A DNA stretch of 64,000 bases from positions 1,407,715-1,471,714 of the forward strand of contig OZ242339.1 in the NCBI GenBank assembly GCA_965208505.1, given 5' to 3'. Shown here piece after piece: positions 27,723 through 37,488 of this stretch (position 1 is its first letter; the number at the start of each line of letters is the position of its first letter). A program made the position numbers and the translations under genes. The notes below the pieces were generated by a model. The model was given only the letters and a program-made list of their open reading frames with translations, was not told the origin of the DNA and searched no databases. This stretch comes from Acidimicrobiales bacterium. Its GTDB lineage: Bacteria; Actinomycetota; Acidimicrobiia; Acidimicrobiales; Bin134.

Positions 27723-28481
27723 TTACTTCTTGTCGGCCTTCCAACCGGTGGTGGCGCCCGACACCATGCCGAAGGGCCCCGACGGCCACCGGAAGCAGTC
27801 CACCATGAGCTGGTCGACCTCGGCTCGACTGGCAATGCCTTCGGCCACCACCGCGTTGGCTTCCCGGATCATGGCTCCGTACACCCGGTTGGTGACATAG
27901 CCCCAGTGCATTGCCGAATCTTGTATCACCACCGGGTTCTTGCCCGCGGCAGTAGCCAGACGACAAATGGTCTCGGCGGTCTCGTCTGAGGTCTGGGGCG
28001 CCCGGACGATCTCGGCCAACTTCATCACCGGCGGCGGCGAGGCCCAGTGCCAGCCGATCACCCGGTCGGCCCTGTCGGTGGCCACTGCCAGCGCCTGCAC
28101 CGGATAGCCGCTGGAGTTGGACGCAAAGATCGTGTGCTCGGGACACTGCTGGTCGAGATCCCGGAACAGCTGGATCTTGAGGTCCAAGCGCTCCGGAACC
28201 GCCTCCAAGATCACGTCCACCGCGGCAGCGGCATCCCGGTCGGTGGTGAAGTCGATACGGCCGAGCGCAGCCTCGGCCTCGGCCTCGGTCATCTTGCCCC
28301 GGGCCACCGCCCCTTGGATGCCGAATCGCCCCCCCGCCACTAAATCAGGCGCGGCGGCCACCACATCGGGATCGAGGTCGTAGGCCACCACTGGATGGCC
28401 GGCAATTGCCATCACCTGGGCGATGCCCGAGCCCATTACCCCCGAGCCGATGACCCCGATTTTCTCTTTGCCGCCGGTCAC
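27723..28481 (-). CDS. 3-hydroxyacyl-CoA dehydrogenase family protein
   Basis: IGVIGSGVMGSGIAQV NAD-binding motif and SNSSG; 252 aa. Confidence 0.8.
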   Translation of the reverse strand: MTGGKEKIGVIGSGVMGSGIAQVMAIAGHPVVAYDLDPDVVAAAPDLVAGGRFGIQGAVARGKMTEAEAEAALGRIDFTTDRDAAAAVDVILEAVPERLDLKIQLFRDLDQQCPEHTIFASNSSGYPVQALAVATDRADRVIGWHWASPPPVMKLAEIVRAPQTSDETAETICRLATAAGKNPVVIQDSAMHWGYVTNRVYGAMIREANAVVAEGIASRAEVDQLMVDCFRWPSGPFGMVSGATTGWKADKK

Positions 28482-29194
28482 GACAGGTGAGTGGCGAACC
28501 AGGCCGCCATGCGAGTCCAGCCGTCGGCCGCAGCGTCGGCATTAAACGAAGGGCGCTCGTCGCATAAGAACCCATGGTCGGCCTCGGCGTAGCGCACAAT
28601 CTCGGTGGCCTGGGCGCTGCCCTCGAGATCAGAGCGAAGCTGCTCCACACCCTCGACGGGGATCATGCCGTCGAGGTCGCCGAACAGGCCCAGCCATGGG
28701 CACTGGAGATCGCCGTGACGGTCGGCCAGTTTGGGCTGGCCGGGGGTGAACCCGTCGGTGACGATGGCGCCGCCGTAGTAGGTGACCGCCGCGCCCACCG
28801 GGCGGCTGATAGCGGTCAAGAAGGTCACCCGGCCGCCCATGCAGAACCCGGTAATGCCTACCTTGTCGGAATTGATCCCCTGGCCGCCCAGGTAGTCGAG
28901 GGTGGCGTCCACGTCCATGAGGGAGTGCTCGTCGAGGAGGCCTCCCATCATCTCGAAGATCTTGTCCATCTCGTCGTAGCCGGCCAGATTATTCTCGTAG
29001 CGGTGGTACAGGTCGGGGGCCACCGCCAGATAGCCCTCAGCCGCCACCCGCCGGGCCACGTCTTCGATATGGCCATTCACCCCGAAGGCCTCCATGATGA
29101 CGATGACCGCGGCCTGCGGCTCACTGTCGGGACGGGCCACGTACAGCCTCATCGGGCCGTCGCCAGTAATGAGTTCGACGTTCTCAGTTTGCAT
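28478..29194 (-). CDS. Dienelactone hydrolase family protein
   Basis: GFCMGG Cys nucleophile motif, APDLYHR, C-terminal ADHGF. Confidence 0.8.
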   Translation of the reverse strand: MQTENVELITGDGPMRLYVARPDSEPQAAVIVIMEAFGVNGHIEDVARRVAAEGYLAVAPDLYHRYENNLAGYDEMDKIFEMMGGLLDEHSLMDVDATLDYLGGQGINSDKVGITGFCMGGRVTFLTAISRPVGAAVTYYGGAIVTDGFTPGQPKLADRHGDLQCPWLGLFGDLDGMIPVEGVEQLRSDLEGSAQATEIVRYAEADHGFLCDERPSFNADAAADGWTRMAAWFATHLS

Positions 29195-29229
29195 GGCTGC
29201 CGATGGTAGTTCTCGCTTCGACCGGTGGC

Positions 29230-29796
29230 CTATTGGCCGGGAAGAGGCGCATACAGCGGATCAGATCTGTCCCGGCTGCCCCGTAGGAATCGGTCATCGA
29301 ACGGCCGGAACTGCTCCTCTCGCACCCATTCGGTGGTAGCCACCCGACGCGAGATGAGCCACGGACCACCGTTGCGCCGAGACACGTCGTCAATGAAGCG
29401 AAAACCCACCGACAGGTTCAGCTCTGGGGGCCCTCCCTCGGTCCAGTGGCGGGCGATTCCGTGGGCTTCGGAACGGGCCCACTGCTCGAGGTCCCCACTG
29501 GCCGAAGCCACCAGCTCCGGGTCGATTTCTGCCAGGACGTTCAACACGGTGTGGACCGAGCCGGTGTAGCGGCGCAGCAAACGCTCGCTCCACTCCAGAT
29601 ACTCCTCAACTGTGCCCTCGAAGGTGCCGTGGGAATCGGTGGCGTCGGGGTGATAGCACGACCGGACTAGCTCCATGTCTAGGCGGTCCACCCCCCGGCA
29701 GTACCGGTACAGCAGCTCAGTGATCTCCTGTTTGGCCAAGAACTCGGCCACTCGGGCCTGGACGCCGGGGGTTTGAGCCGATTCCACGCCCGCCAT
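29230..29796 (-). CDS. SnoaL-like / NTF2-fold protein
   Basis: ITELLYRYCRGVDRLDMELVRSCYHPDATDSHG pattern. Confidence 0.65.
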   Translation of the reverse strand: MAGVESAQTPGVQARVAEFLAKQEITELLYRYCRGVDRLDMELVRSCYHPDATDSHGTFEGTVEEYLEWSERLLRRYTGSVHTVLNVLAEIDPELVASASGDLEQWARSEAHGIARHWTEGGPPELNLSVGFRFIDDVSRRNGGPWLISRRVATTEWVREEQFRPFDDRFLRGSRDRSDPLYAPLPGQ

Positions 29797-29880
29797 TTTG
29801 CATCGTGGCCAACCTTTTTGACGGATCGGCCCCTTAGCCGCGACTCATCCTGCTCCCATCTGGTTAGACTCGGCCACAAG

Positions 29881-30186
29881 GTGGCTGCCAATCCCGAGCC
29901 CAGTGCCTCTTGGCACACCGATCCGTTTGGGCGCCATGATGTCCGTTGGTGGGATGGCACAAAATGGACTGAAAAGGTGCGAGATGGGAAGCAGTCCGGG
30001 ATCGATCCTCCCGTCATCGCGGTGGCCCCCCAGGCCATTCCCCTCAACAAGCCTGTTGACCCACTTCCAGGTCGACGCATGATCCGCTTGTTCGGCCGCC
30101 GACTGCCCGGCGCCATGCTGCTGGCCTCGGTAGCTTTGGCCTCAGTGGTGGTGCTGTTGATCGTGGTCGTAGCTGTTGTGATCTAG
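29881..30186 (+). CDS. DUF2510-domain membrane protein
   Basis: WHTDPFGRHDVRWWDGTKWTEKV motif plus a C-terminal hydrophobic helix. The in-frame GTG 29881 avoids overlap with the divergent gene. Confidence 0.6.
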   Translation: MAANPEPSASWHTDPFGRHDVRWWDGTKWTEKVRDGKQSGIDPPVIAVAPQAIPLNKPVDPLPGRRMIRLFGRRLPGAMLLASVALASVVVLLIVVVAVVI

Positions 30187-30233
30187 AGGCCCCAACAACT
30201 CTCAGTACAGCAACTGCCGGTATTGTCCTCGCC

Positions 30234-30977
30234 GTGGTCAACCGAGAAATCGTCCTACACGAGTATGTCGACATAACGGGCCAGGCAGCGTGGCCTTACA
30301 TGGAGCACATCAAGATCCAGAACCGCGACGCCCGGGTGGGCTTCGAGTTGCTCGGCACCTGGTACACCATGGGGATCACCGCCCGCTGGCCCCAGGTGGT
30401 GAATCTGTGGGACTCCGGCGGCTGGGATGGCTGGCTGGAGCGGGTGGACCGCCTCAACCTGAAGCGCAAGTCCAACAACCTGCTCGACGACTGGTGGGAG
30501 GAGGCCTACAAGCTCCGCACCGGCGGGTACGACCGGGTGCTGGGATCGGTGCCCGAATCCCCCCCAATGGCATCGGTGCTCGCCGGCGATGTGCGGGGCA
30601 CGCTCTACATCCACGAGCTCACCGAGGTGCGCCCCGGCTCGGGCCGGGACTACCTGGCCGCCATGGCCGCCGACTACCTGCCGGCCGCGGCCGACTACGG
30701 CTACACCTGCATGGGCCTGTGGGAGGTGCTGCACCATGACTACGAGATTTGCACCGTGTGGGCTGCCTCACCCGAGGCGTACATCCGGCTCAATAAGGCC
30801 GCCGATGCCGCCAACGGGTTCGATGAGGGGATCGAAGGCGATGACCGCTTGGTGGCATGGCGGGCCACAGCCCAGCAGTACACCACCCGCTTTCGGGAGG
30901 AGCTGATGAGCCCGGCGCCCGGCACCCTTACCGGCCCCGCGGCCTACGAAGACGACACCTACATCAACCGGACTTGA
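30234..30977 (+). CDS. NIPSNAP-like protein (two dimeric alpha/beta-barrel repeats)
   Basis: Two halves each resemble NIPSNAP (…WPQVVNLWDSGGWDGWLERVDRL… and …YEICTVWAASPEAYIRLNKA…). Assigned from recalled patterns only. Confidence 0.45.
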   Translation: MVNREIVLHEYVDITGQAAWPYMEHIKIQNRDARVGFELLGTWYTMGITARWPQVVNLWDSGGWDGWLERVDRLNLKRKSNNLLDDWWEEAYKLRTGGYDRVLGSVPESPPMASVLAGDVRGTLYIHELTEVRPGSGRDYLAAMAADYLPAAADYGYTCMGLWEVLHHDYEICTVWAASPEAYIRLNKAADAANGFDEGIEGDDRLVAWRATAQQYTTRFREELMSPAPGTLTGPAAYEDDTYINRT

Positions 30978-30991
30978 CTGGAGCAACAGCT

Positions 30992-32116
30992 ATGCGAGGC
31001 ATTCTCTTTGACGGCCAGGCGGCGATGGTGGCTAACGGGCTTGGGACTACCAAGCTCGAGCCCGACCAGGTTCGAGTGCAGATCGGCGCCGCCGGGGTAT
31101 GCCATTCCGATGTGTCGGTGATCAACGGGACTTTCGGACAGATGTTCTCTCCCCCGTTTGTGATGGGCCACGAAGGTGCTGGCGAGGTGCTGGAGGTGGG
31201 CCCAGACGTGACCACCGTGGCAGCGGGCGACCACGTGGTTATCGCCACCATCGACAACTGCGGGCGCTGTTCAGTGTGCGCCACGGGTCATCCCACCCTG
31301 TGCCAGACCTCCAAGCTGGGCGCCGCCATTGCCAAGCGCAACGAGACCGGCGAGGAGCCCGGCCCCGGCGATCTGCCCGCCTACTTCACCTACCAGGGCG
31401 AGACGATCATGGGGTTCGCCAACACCGGCGTGTTCGCTGAAGAGGCGGTGGTAGGCCAGGGGCAGGTGGTGGCCATCGACAAGCGAGTGCCCTTCACCAG
31501 CGCCTGCCTCATCGGCTGCGGCGTGCTCACCGGGACCGGAGCCATCTTCAACCGGGCCGAAGTGTACCGGGGCGACTCCGTGGCCGTGATCGGCGTGGGC
31601 GGTATCGGTCTCAATGTGATCCAAGCCGCCCGCATCGCCGGGGCCACCAAGATCGTTGCCGTCGACAACAACCCGGCCAAAGAGGGCTTTGCCCGCCAAT
31701 TCGGCGCCACCCATTTCGTGGACTCCGGCCAAGCACCGGCCGTCGACACCGTGCGGGAGATCACCGCGGGCGGGGTGGACTGCTCGGTGGAGTGCGTGGG
31801 CAATACCGCGCTGATGTCCGACGCGGTCGAAATGCTGCGCCCCGGTGGCAACATGGTGATCTTGGGAGTGGCGGGCATGGATGCCCGGATGGAGCTCGCT
31901 CCGTTCAAGCTCTACCAGAACAAGTCGATCATGGGCTGCCGCTACGGATCGGCCCGCCCTGCGTTCGACATTCCCGCGCTGGTCGATCTGTATCTCGACG
32001 GCCGGCTGCTGCTCGACGAGCTGGTGTCGGCCACCTACGACCTGGCCGAGCTCGACAGGGCGTTCGAAGACCTCGAGGCCGGGAAGCTGGCCCGAGGCGT
32101 GCTGACGATGGGCTGA
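30992..32116 (+). CDS. Zinc-type (MDR) alcohol dehydrogenase
   Basis: From ATG 30992: GVCHSDVSV, GHEGAGEV, CGRCSVC and GVGGIG motifs. Confidence 0.85.
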   Translation: MRGILFDGQAAMVANGLGTTKLEPDQVRVQIGAAGVCHSDVSVINGTFGQMFSPPFVMGHEGAGEVLEVGPDVTTVAAGDHVVIATIDNCGRCSVCATGHPTLCQTSKLGAAIAKRNETGEEPGPGDLPAYFTYQGETIMGFANTGVFAEEAVVGQGQVVAIDKRVPFTSACLIGCGVLTGTGAIFNRAEVYRGDSVAVIGVGGIGLNVIQAARIAGATKIVAVDNNPAKEGFARQFGATHFVDSGQAPAVDTVREITAGGVDCSVECVGNTALMSDAVEMLRPGGNMVILGVAGMDARMELAPFKLYQNKSIMGCRYGSARPAFDIPALVDLYLDGRLLLDELVSATYDLAELDRAFEDLEAGKLARGVLTMG

Positions 32117-32119
32117 GCC

Positions 32120-33286
32120 TTAGGCCGCCGGCGTCTCGGTGATGTCGGCTTCGAGGTCTAAATCGAAGTACTTCGCCGGATTCTCCAGCAGTACCTTGCG
32201 GCGGATCGACTCGTCCACCTTGGGGAAGTGCTCGGAGATGTACTCCTGGGAGTCGGGAAACGAGCCCACGGAGTGGGGGAAGTCGGTGCCCCACATGATG
32301 TTGTCCCACGGGATGATGTCGGCCATGTCGAACACCACCGGGTCGCGGATCACGCTGAAGTGGAAGTGGTCCACAATCTGCTCGCTGGGCTTGCGCTCAT
32401 ACTTGACCTTGAACCAGTCGCCGAACAGGTCGTAGTTGTCATCCATGAAATAGAGCGTGCCTGGCAGCCAGCTGGCGTTGGTCTCAGCGAAGTAGAACTT
32501 GATATCCGGGAACCGCTCCAGCACACCGGCGGCAATGAGCTGGGCCATGCAGTAAACCGGGGAGTGGCTCCCGGCCCGCTGAACCAGCGCGCTGGCCCAC
32601 GGGCTGTCGGAGGTGCCCTTGGCCGCCGATTGGGCCGGGGCTTGCCCCGCACCAAAGCCGAAGTGGGGGGCCAGCTTGAGGCCCAGCTCCAGGCTCTTCT
32701 CCCAGAACCGGTCGTCTACTGGATCGGCATAGGGAGTGCCATTGGGGAAGTTGTAGAACGCCACCGATGGCAGTCCTGCCTCTGCGACGAATTCCAGTTC
32801 CTCCACCGCGTGGTCGATGCCGGTGATGGGGGTCACCGCGTTGCCGATGAGCCGATCAGGGGCCACCGAGCAGTAGTCCTGGGCCAAAAAGGTGTTGTAA
32901 GCCCGGATCATGGAGCGATACACGTCGGGGTCCTTGATGCCCTCGAGAAAGCGGCTGGCGAACACCGGCGGGAACAGCACCTCGGCATCGATGCCATCGA
33001 GGTCTTGCTCCCGGAGGCGCTGCTCAGCGGGGCCGGCTCCTTCGGCCGGGCTGCCGTCGGCGTTGAAGTAGGTGCCGCCGGAGAACTTCACCTTGTCGCG
33101 CCCGGCAATGTTCTGGCCGTTGCGCAACAGGGGCTGTCCCTCGATCAGCCACCCCTCTCCCCCTTCAGGCAGGTGGATCAGGCGGGGTGCCCGATCCTTG
33201 TATCTCTTGGGGACGTACTTCACAAATACGTCCGGCGGCGTCTCCACATGCCCATCTGCGCTAATTACCTTGTACTTTCGGCCCAT
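32120..33286 (-). CDS. Amidohydrolase-2 (ACMSD-like) family metal hydrolase
   Basis: VISADGHVE near the N-terminus and WGTDFPHS near the C-terminus. Confidence 0.8.
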   Translation of the reverse strand: MGRKYKVISADGHVETPPDVFVKYVPKRYKDRAPRLIHLPEGGEGWLIEGQPLLRNGQNIAGRDKVKFSGGTYFNADGSPAEGAGPAEQRLREQDLDGIDAEVLFPPVFASRFLEGIKDPDVYRSMIRAYNTFLAQDYCSVAPDRLIGNAVTPITGIDHAVEELEFVAEAGLPSVAFYNFPNGTPYADPVDDRFWEKSLELGLKLAPHFGFGAGQAPAQSAAKGTSDSPWASALVQRAGSHSPVYCMAQLIAAGVLERFPDIKFYFAETNASWLPGTLYFMDDNYDLFGDWFKVKYERKPSEQIVDHFHFSVIRDPVVFDMADIIPWDNIMWGTDFPHSVGSFPDSQEYISEHFPKVDESIRRKVLLENPAKYFDLDLEADITETPAA

Positions 33287-34613
33287 GACTGGAGCATATT
33301 CGCGTCAACCAGGGTCTAAAAAAGCGGGACGGCTAAAGAGCCTGACCAAGACGACCTGGATTGTCCTTGTCCTGGTTCTGGCCCTGTGGGCAACGGGCTG
33401 CTCCTCCAACGACGACGACGCCCCTCCAGTCGCGGCTCCGACAGAGGCACCCACCGCAGCACCTGATCCCTCTCCTGAGCTCGCCGCGGCGCCCACCCCG
33501 GCTCCTGAGCCCACCGATGCACCCGAACCCGAACCCACCGATGCCCCTGAGCTCGCCGCGGCGCCCGAACCCGAACCCACGCCTGCACCAACCCCGGCTA
33601 CCACGCCTGAGCCTCCGGTCGCGTTCGCCGAATTCGGCGATCTTCCTGTAGGGGTCACCACCCTGGAACTGGGAGAAGAACCCGGCCAGCAGCCGCTCTC
33701 GGTGTGGTATCCCGCTGATTCAGACGCGGTGGCCGGCATGGAAACCGAGATCTTCGACTCCTCCCAGGCCATTCCGGCAGCATTTCAATCCCTGATCCCC
33801 GACAGCATGAAGAGTCCGATTGAGACCAACTCCTATCGCGACGCTCCCATAGCCGACTCGAACACCTTTCCGGTTGTCATCTACAGCCACGGGTTTGGCG
33901 GTCACCGAGACGTCGCCATCTTCTTGACCACCCATCTGGCCTCACATGGCTTTGTGGTGGCATCCCCCGAACACATCCACAGGAATCTGCCTGCCCAGGC
34001 ATTTGGAACCGCAGAGTCCAGCCCTGAGAAAGACCAGGCTGATGTGGCCAACACTCTGGCCGCATTGGACGCCGCCTTCGGCGAAGGAGCCGACACCGCC
34101 AGGGTGGGAGTGATCGGACATTCCGCGGGTGCGCGAACCGCACTGGACGCGTTGGCCAACGAGGCGGTCCTGGCCGCCATACCGCTGGCTGGCGGCGGTA
34201 CCCCTCCTCCCGAGGCGGCCGACAAGCCGATTCTGGTGATCGTGGCCGAACTGGACCTGACCGTGCCCACCGACCGCAGCCTGGCCAGCTACGACTCGGC
34301 CCCAGGACCCAGAACATTCGTAAACCTGGCCCGGGCGGGCCACAACAGCTTCACCGATAGCTGCCCCGTCATCCTCGCCGGAGGCGGGCTGGACATGCTC
34401 GAACCCCTCCTCGGCGCTGAACAAGTGGCCCGGGCCGAAGACGGTTGCACCCCGAAAAACGCCCCTCCGCTGGCCATGCAGGCCGCACTGAAGCACCTGG
34501 CCACAGTATTTTTCCTGGCAAGTCTGGAGGGTCGGCCCGATGTTGGGGTCACCCCCGAGTTCGCGGAGCTGATCGACGGAGTCGACCTGGCCAACTACCG
34601 CGAGGACGGCTGA
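33285..34613 (+). CDS. Lipoprotein: Pro/Ala/Glu-rich linker plus alpha/beta hydrolase (PAF-acetylhydrolase / dienelactone-hydrolase-like)
   Basis: From ATG 33285: signal peptide with lipobox LWATGC, repeated APEPEPTDAPELAAAP linker, YSHGFGGHRD, GHSAG nucleophile elbow. Confidence 0.7.
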   Translation: MTGAYSRQPGSKKAGRLKSLTKTTWIVLVLVLALWATGCSSNDDDAPPVAAPTEAPTAAPDPSPELAAAPTPAPEPTDAPEPEPTDAPELAAAPEPEPTPAPTPATTPEPPVAFAEFGDLPVGVTTLELGEEPGQQPLSVWYPADSDAVAGMETEIFDSSQAIPAAFQSLIPDSMKSPIETNSYRDAPIADSNTFPVVIYSHGFGGHRDVAIFLTTHLASHGFVVASPEHIHRNLPAQAFGTAESSPEKDQADVANTLAALDAAFGEGADTARVGVIGHSAGARTALDALANEAVLAAIPLAGGGTPPPEAADKPILVIVAELDLTVPTDRSLASYDSAPGPRTFVNLARAGHNSFTDSCPVILAGGGLDMLEPLLGAEQVARAEDGCTPKNAPPLAMQAALKHLATVFFLASLEGRPDVGVTPEFAELIDGVDLANYREDG

Positions 34614-34619
34614 GCGATC

Positions 34620-35579
34620 TCAATCGAACCCGAGGTGGCCGCGGACGAAACGGCGATAGCCGGCTGCGCTCCAGTTGTCGTGGTCTTCTCCCCAGCCGAC
34701 GGCGTCGCCAAACGTCCATTGGCTGAGGCAGTTCCACGTCCACAAGTTGGGGTTGAGGTGTACGCCGATCCGGTTGACCGCCTGGCTGGTGGCCACCAGC
34801 TCGCGGCCTGACTCGTCAGTGGCGATGATGCGAACCACCGTGGGAGCACCGGTGTCAGGATCTCGCTCCAGCACGTCGCGTCGCCCTTGTCCGGGAACCA
34901 GCCGGGAGTATTCGCCGTCGCACAGGTAGTAGCCGTGGATAACGGTGCAGTCGGGATCGTCGCCCTCGCCGTAGGCCATGGTCAGAGCGTGGAAGCCGTC
35001 GGTGTCTGATGCGGTGGCGTAGCTATAGCCGCCCCGCACCGCCCCGTGCAAGGTGGCGCCGAACTGGCTGCGCGGCCCCCACGACCGGTCCCGCATCCCG
35101 TAGGCGTCCACCTCGTAGGTGTCGTAGCCCAGCCGGATGGTGCCCTGGTATCGGCCCGGCTGGTCGAGATGGCCGTCGCCCAGATAGTTGGGCGGGCACA
35201 CCGCGGTAAAGGTCAGGTCCACCTCGGCTTCGCCGTCGTCTTGGCACAAGAACCTGATCCTGTACTGCTTCAGGGGCTCGATTGCCTGATAGCGGATGCC
35301 GTTGGGCAGCTCAATGTCGCTCAGCGGCTGATTGGGCAGGGGCAAGTGCCAGAAATTCTTGGCGTAGCGGCAGTTCCATATCTGGTCGCCCTCGGTGTCC
35401 CAGAAGAACGCCCCACCCGAAGCAACCCCCTGGTTGGGCCGGAAGAACGGATAGAGCTGGCCCGACAGCTTGTGCTCGGGAGCGGCGAAGGTGAACCAGC
35501 AAGTCTCGGTCCAATAGGGGTCGTCGGAGGTGGGCGGGTGGAACTCGTCGTCGGGATAAGTGGCGTGGGCGGAGGACAT
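34620..35579 (-). CDS. Conserved hypothetical protein
   Basis: 319 aa with protein-like composition and no recognisable catalytic motif; family not identified. Confidence 0.5.
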   Translation of the reverse strand: MSSAHATYPDDEFHPPTSDDPYWTETCWFTFAAPEHKLSGQLYPFFRPNQGVASGGAFFWDTEGDQIWNCRYAKNFWHLPLPNQPLSDIELPNGIRYQAIEPLKQYRIRFLCQDDGEAEVDLTFTAVCPPNYLGDGHLDQPGRYQGTIRLGYDTYEVDAYGMRDRSWGPRSQFGATLHGAVRGGYSYATASDTDGFHALTMAYGEGDDPDCTVIHGYYLCDGEYSRLVPGQGRRDVLERDPDTGAPTVVRIIATDESGRELVATSQAVNRIGVHLNPNLWTWNCLSQWTFGDAVGWGEDHDNWSAAGYRRFVRGHLGFD

Positions 35580-35587
35580 GGGGTGCC

Positions 35588-36418
35588 ATGCTATGGGAGA
35601 TGAGTCTCGGCCCTGACGATCTAGTGCTCAGCTCGGGTTCGCTGAACAATCCGCCGATTGAGACGCTGGTCGAAGCTGCTGTTGCCGGCGGTTTCGCCGG
35701 TTTGACCCTTTGGCCCGCGGTGTACCCGCCCGATCCGGCCATCGGCGAGCGCATCCGCGACGCGGGGCTGGCCGTGGTGGACATGGACGCCGCCATCGTG
35801 TGGGTCGGCCCCGACGACCCCGGTGGGCCCTATTACGAGGAGGCGCCTCGGGAGGCAGTGTTCGAGGCGGCCGACGCGTTGGGGGCCTCTGGGGTGAATG
35901 CGCTCTTGGTGTGCCCGGGTTCAGCGCACAGGGAGCAGGCGGTGGAGGCCTTGGCCGAGTTGGCCGACCACGGAGCAGCCGTCGGGGTGGACGTGTATAT
36001 GGAGTTCAGCCGCAACCGGCCCATCCCCGACCCTCTGTCCAGTGCCGAAGTGGTGACTGCCACCGGTCGGGCCAACTGCGGACTCACCGTGGACTTCTGG
36101 CATGTGTTCTACGGCCCGGGCGATTTCGCCGATTTCGCCTCGATCCCCGGTTATCTGATCGGGGCGATCCAGCTCAACGACGCCCCCGCGGAGCCTCCGG
36201 ATGACTTGGCGTGGGCTACTCGGTATCTCCGCTGCGTGCCCGGCGAGGGGGCGATGGACTTGGCCGGCGCACTGCGAACCATTCGGGGTGCCGGCTGCCA
36301 GGCGCCCATTACCCTAGAAGTGTTCGACTCAGGCCACCTAGAGGCACTGGGCCCAGAGGGCTTCGCCTGTCTGCTGGGCAACGCCACCCGCCGGGTGCTC
36401 GCCGAGGCCCGCGGCTAG
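35588..36418 (+). CDS. Sugar phosphate isomerase/epimerase (xylose isomerase-like TIM barrel)
   Basis: Length and pattern (…VYMEF…, …LTVDFWH…, …IQLND…, …ITLEVFD…) fit the AP endonuclease 2 / TIM-barrel family. Confidence 0.7.
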   Translation: MLWEMSLGPDDLVLSSGSLNNPPIETLVEAAVAGGFAGLTLWPAVYPPDPAIGERIRDAGLAVVDMDAAIVWVGPDDPGGPYYEEAPREAVFEAADALGASGVNALLVCPGSAHREQAVEALAELADHGAAVGVDVYMEFSRNRPIPDPLSSAEVVTATGRANCGLTVDFWHVFYGPGDFADFASIPGYLIGAIQLNDAPAEPPDDLAWATRYLRCVPGEGAMDLAGALRTIRGAGCQAPITLEVFDSGHLEALGPEGFACLLGNATRRVLAEARG

Positions 36419-37467
36419 ATTCCGACCCGAACCGGCAGGCCCGCGGCCCGGTATGTCGCGTCGATCAGCTCCATGGTCTTGATCGACTCCGAAGGGGGAT
36501 ACTGGTTGGGACCGCCTTCTTCGACGCACGCTTTGAAGGCCCGAAGCTGGCAGGTGTAGGTGGCCACCTGCTCAGCCGGCTCATGGTGGACTGTGTGGCC
36601 ACTGCGGTCGGTGACGGTGAGGCCGCTTCCCCACATGGGCGCCAGCGGGTTGTCGATGAGCAGCCGTCCCTTGGAGCCAGTCACCACTACTTCGGCCTGA
36701 AACTCGAATTCGAAGGCGTCGGGGTCGCCAGCATTGAGATCATCAGCATCGGGGGCGCCCAATTCGGCCTTTTGGCCGGTTCCGGTGAACGCCGATGTGA
36801 TGGATGCGGTGGCACCTCCGTCTCGGTAGCGCAGATCGGCGGTCATGCGCACGTCGACGTCGGGGGCCATCTCCTCGGCTTCGGCCCTCACCACATCTAG
36901 CTCGCCAAATGCCCGCAGGTTGCTGAGCGCATAGGAGCCGGTGTCCATCAGCGCACCGCCGGCCAGGTCGTAGCGATAGCGGATGTCGTCGGGACCGTGC
37001 ATGGATGGAAAGACCATGGCTGCCTCGACATGAGCCACCTCGCCTACCGCTCCTTCGGCCACCAGCTCTATCGCTCGGTCGGCCTGGGGATGGAAACGCC
37101 AGTGATAGGCCTCCATCACCACCAGTCCGGTTTGCTCGGCAGCCTCGGCCACCTGGCGAGCTTCGTCGGCGTTGGCGGTGAACGGCTTCTCCAACAGCAC
37201 TGGTTTGCCCGCCTCTAAAGCGGCGATGGTCCAGCGGGCGTGGTGGGAGTTGGGCAGGGGGTTGTACACCGCGTCGATCTCGTTAGATGCCAGCAGGGTG
37301 CCGTAGCTCTCGAACACCCTGGGGATACCGTGCTCGGTGGCGTAGTCTTGGGCCCGCTGCGGATCGCGGGCCGCCACCGCAACCATCTCAACCCCGTCGA
37401 CGTCCTTGGCCGGCTCGATGAGTCCCATTGGCCCGATCCACGCCGCCCCCAACATCCCCAGTCTCAT
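36415..37467 (-). CDS. Gfo/Idh/MocA-family oxidoreductase
   Basis: N-terminal Rossmann region (MRLGMLGAAWIG), EKP motif (LLEKPF); 350 aa. Confidence 0.8.
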   Translation of the reverse strand: MRLGMLGAAWIGPMGLIEPAKDVDGVEMVAVAARDPQRAQDYATEHGIPRVFESYGTLLASNEIDAVYNPLPNSHHARWTIAALEAGKPVLLEKPFTANADEARQVAEAAEQTGLVVMEAYHWRFHPQADRAIELVAEGAVGEVAHVEAAMVFPSMHGPDDIRYRYDLAGGALMDTGSYALSNLRAFGELDVVRAEAEEMAPDVDVRMTADLRYRDGGATASITSAFTGTGQKAELGAPDADDLNAGDPDAFEFEFQAEVVVTGSKGRLLIDNPLAPMWGSGLTVTDRSGHTVHHEPAEQVATYTCQLRAFKACVEEGGPNQYPPSESIKTMELIDATYRAAGLPVRVGI

Positions 37468-37488
37468 AGTCGCAGAATAGAGCTTGTT

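Noticed and set aside
33400-33625. Repetitive DNA (two copies of CCTGAGCTCGCCGCGGCGCCC, runs of GAACCCGAACCC) considered as a tandem repeat or CRISPR-like array.
   Set aside because: It lies in frame inside the lipoprotein gene and simply encodes a Pro/Ala/Glu-rich linker. There is no repeat-spacer architecture.
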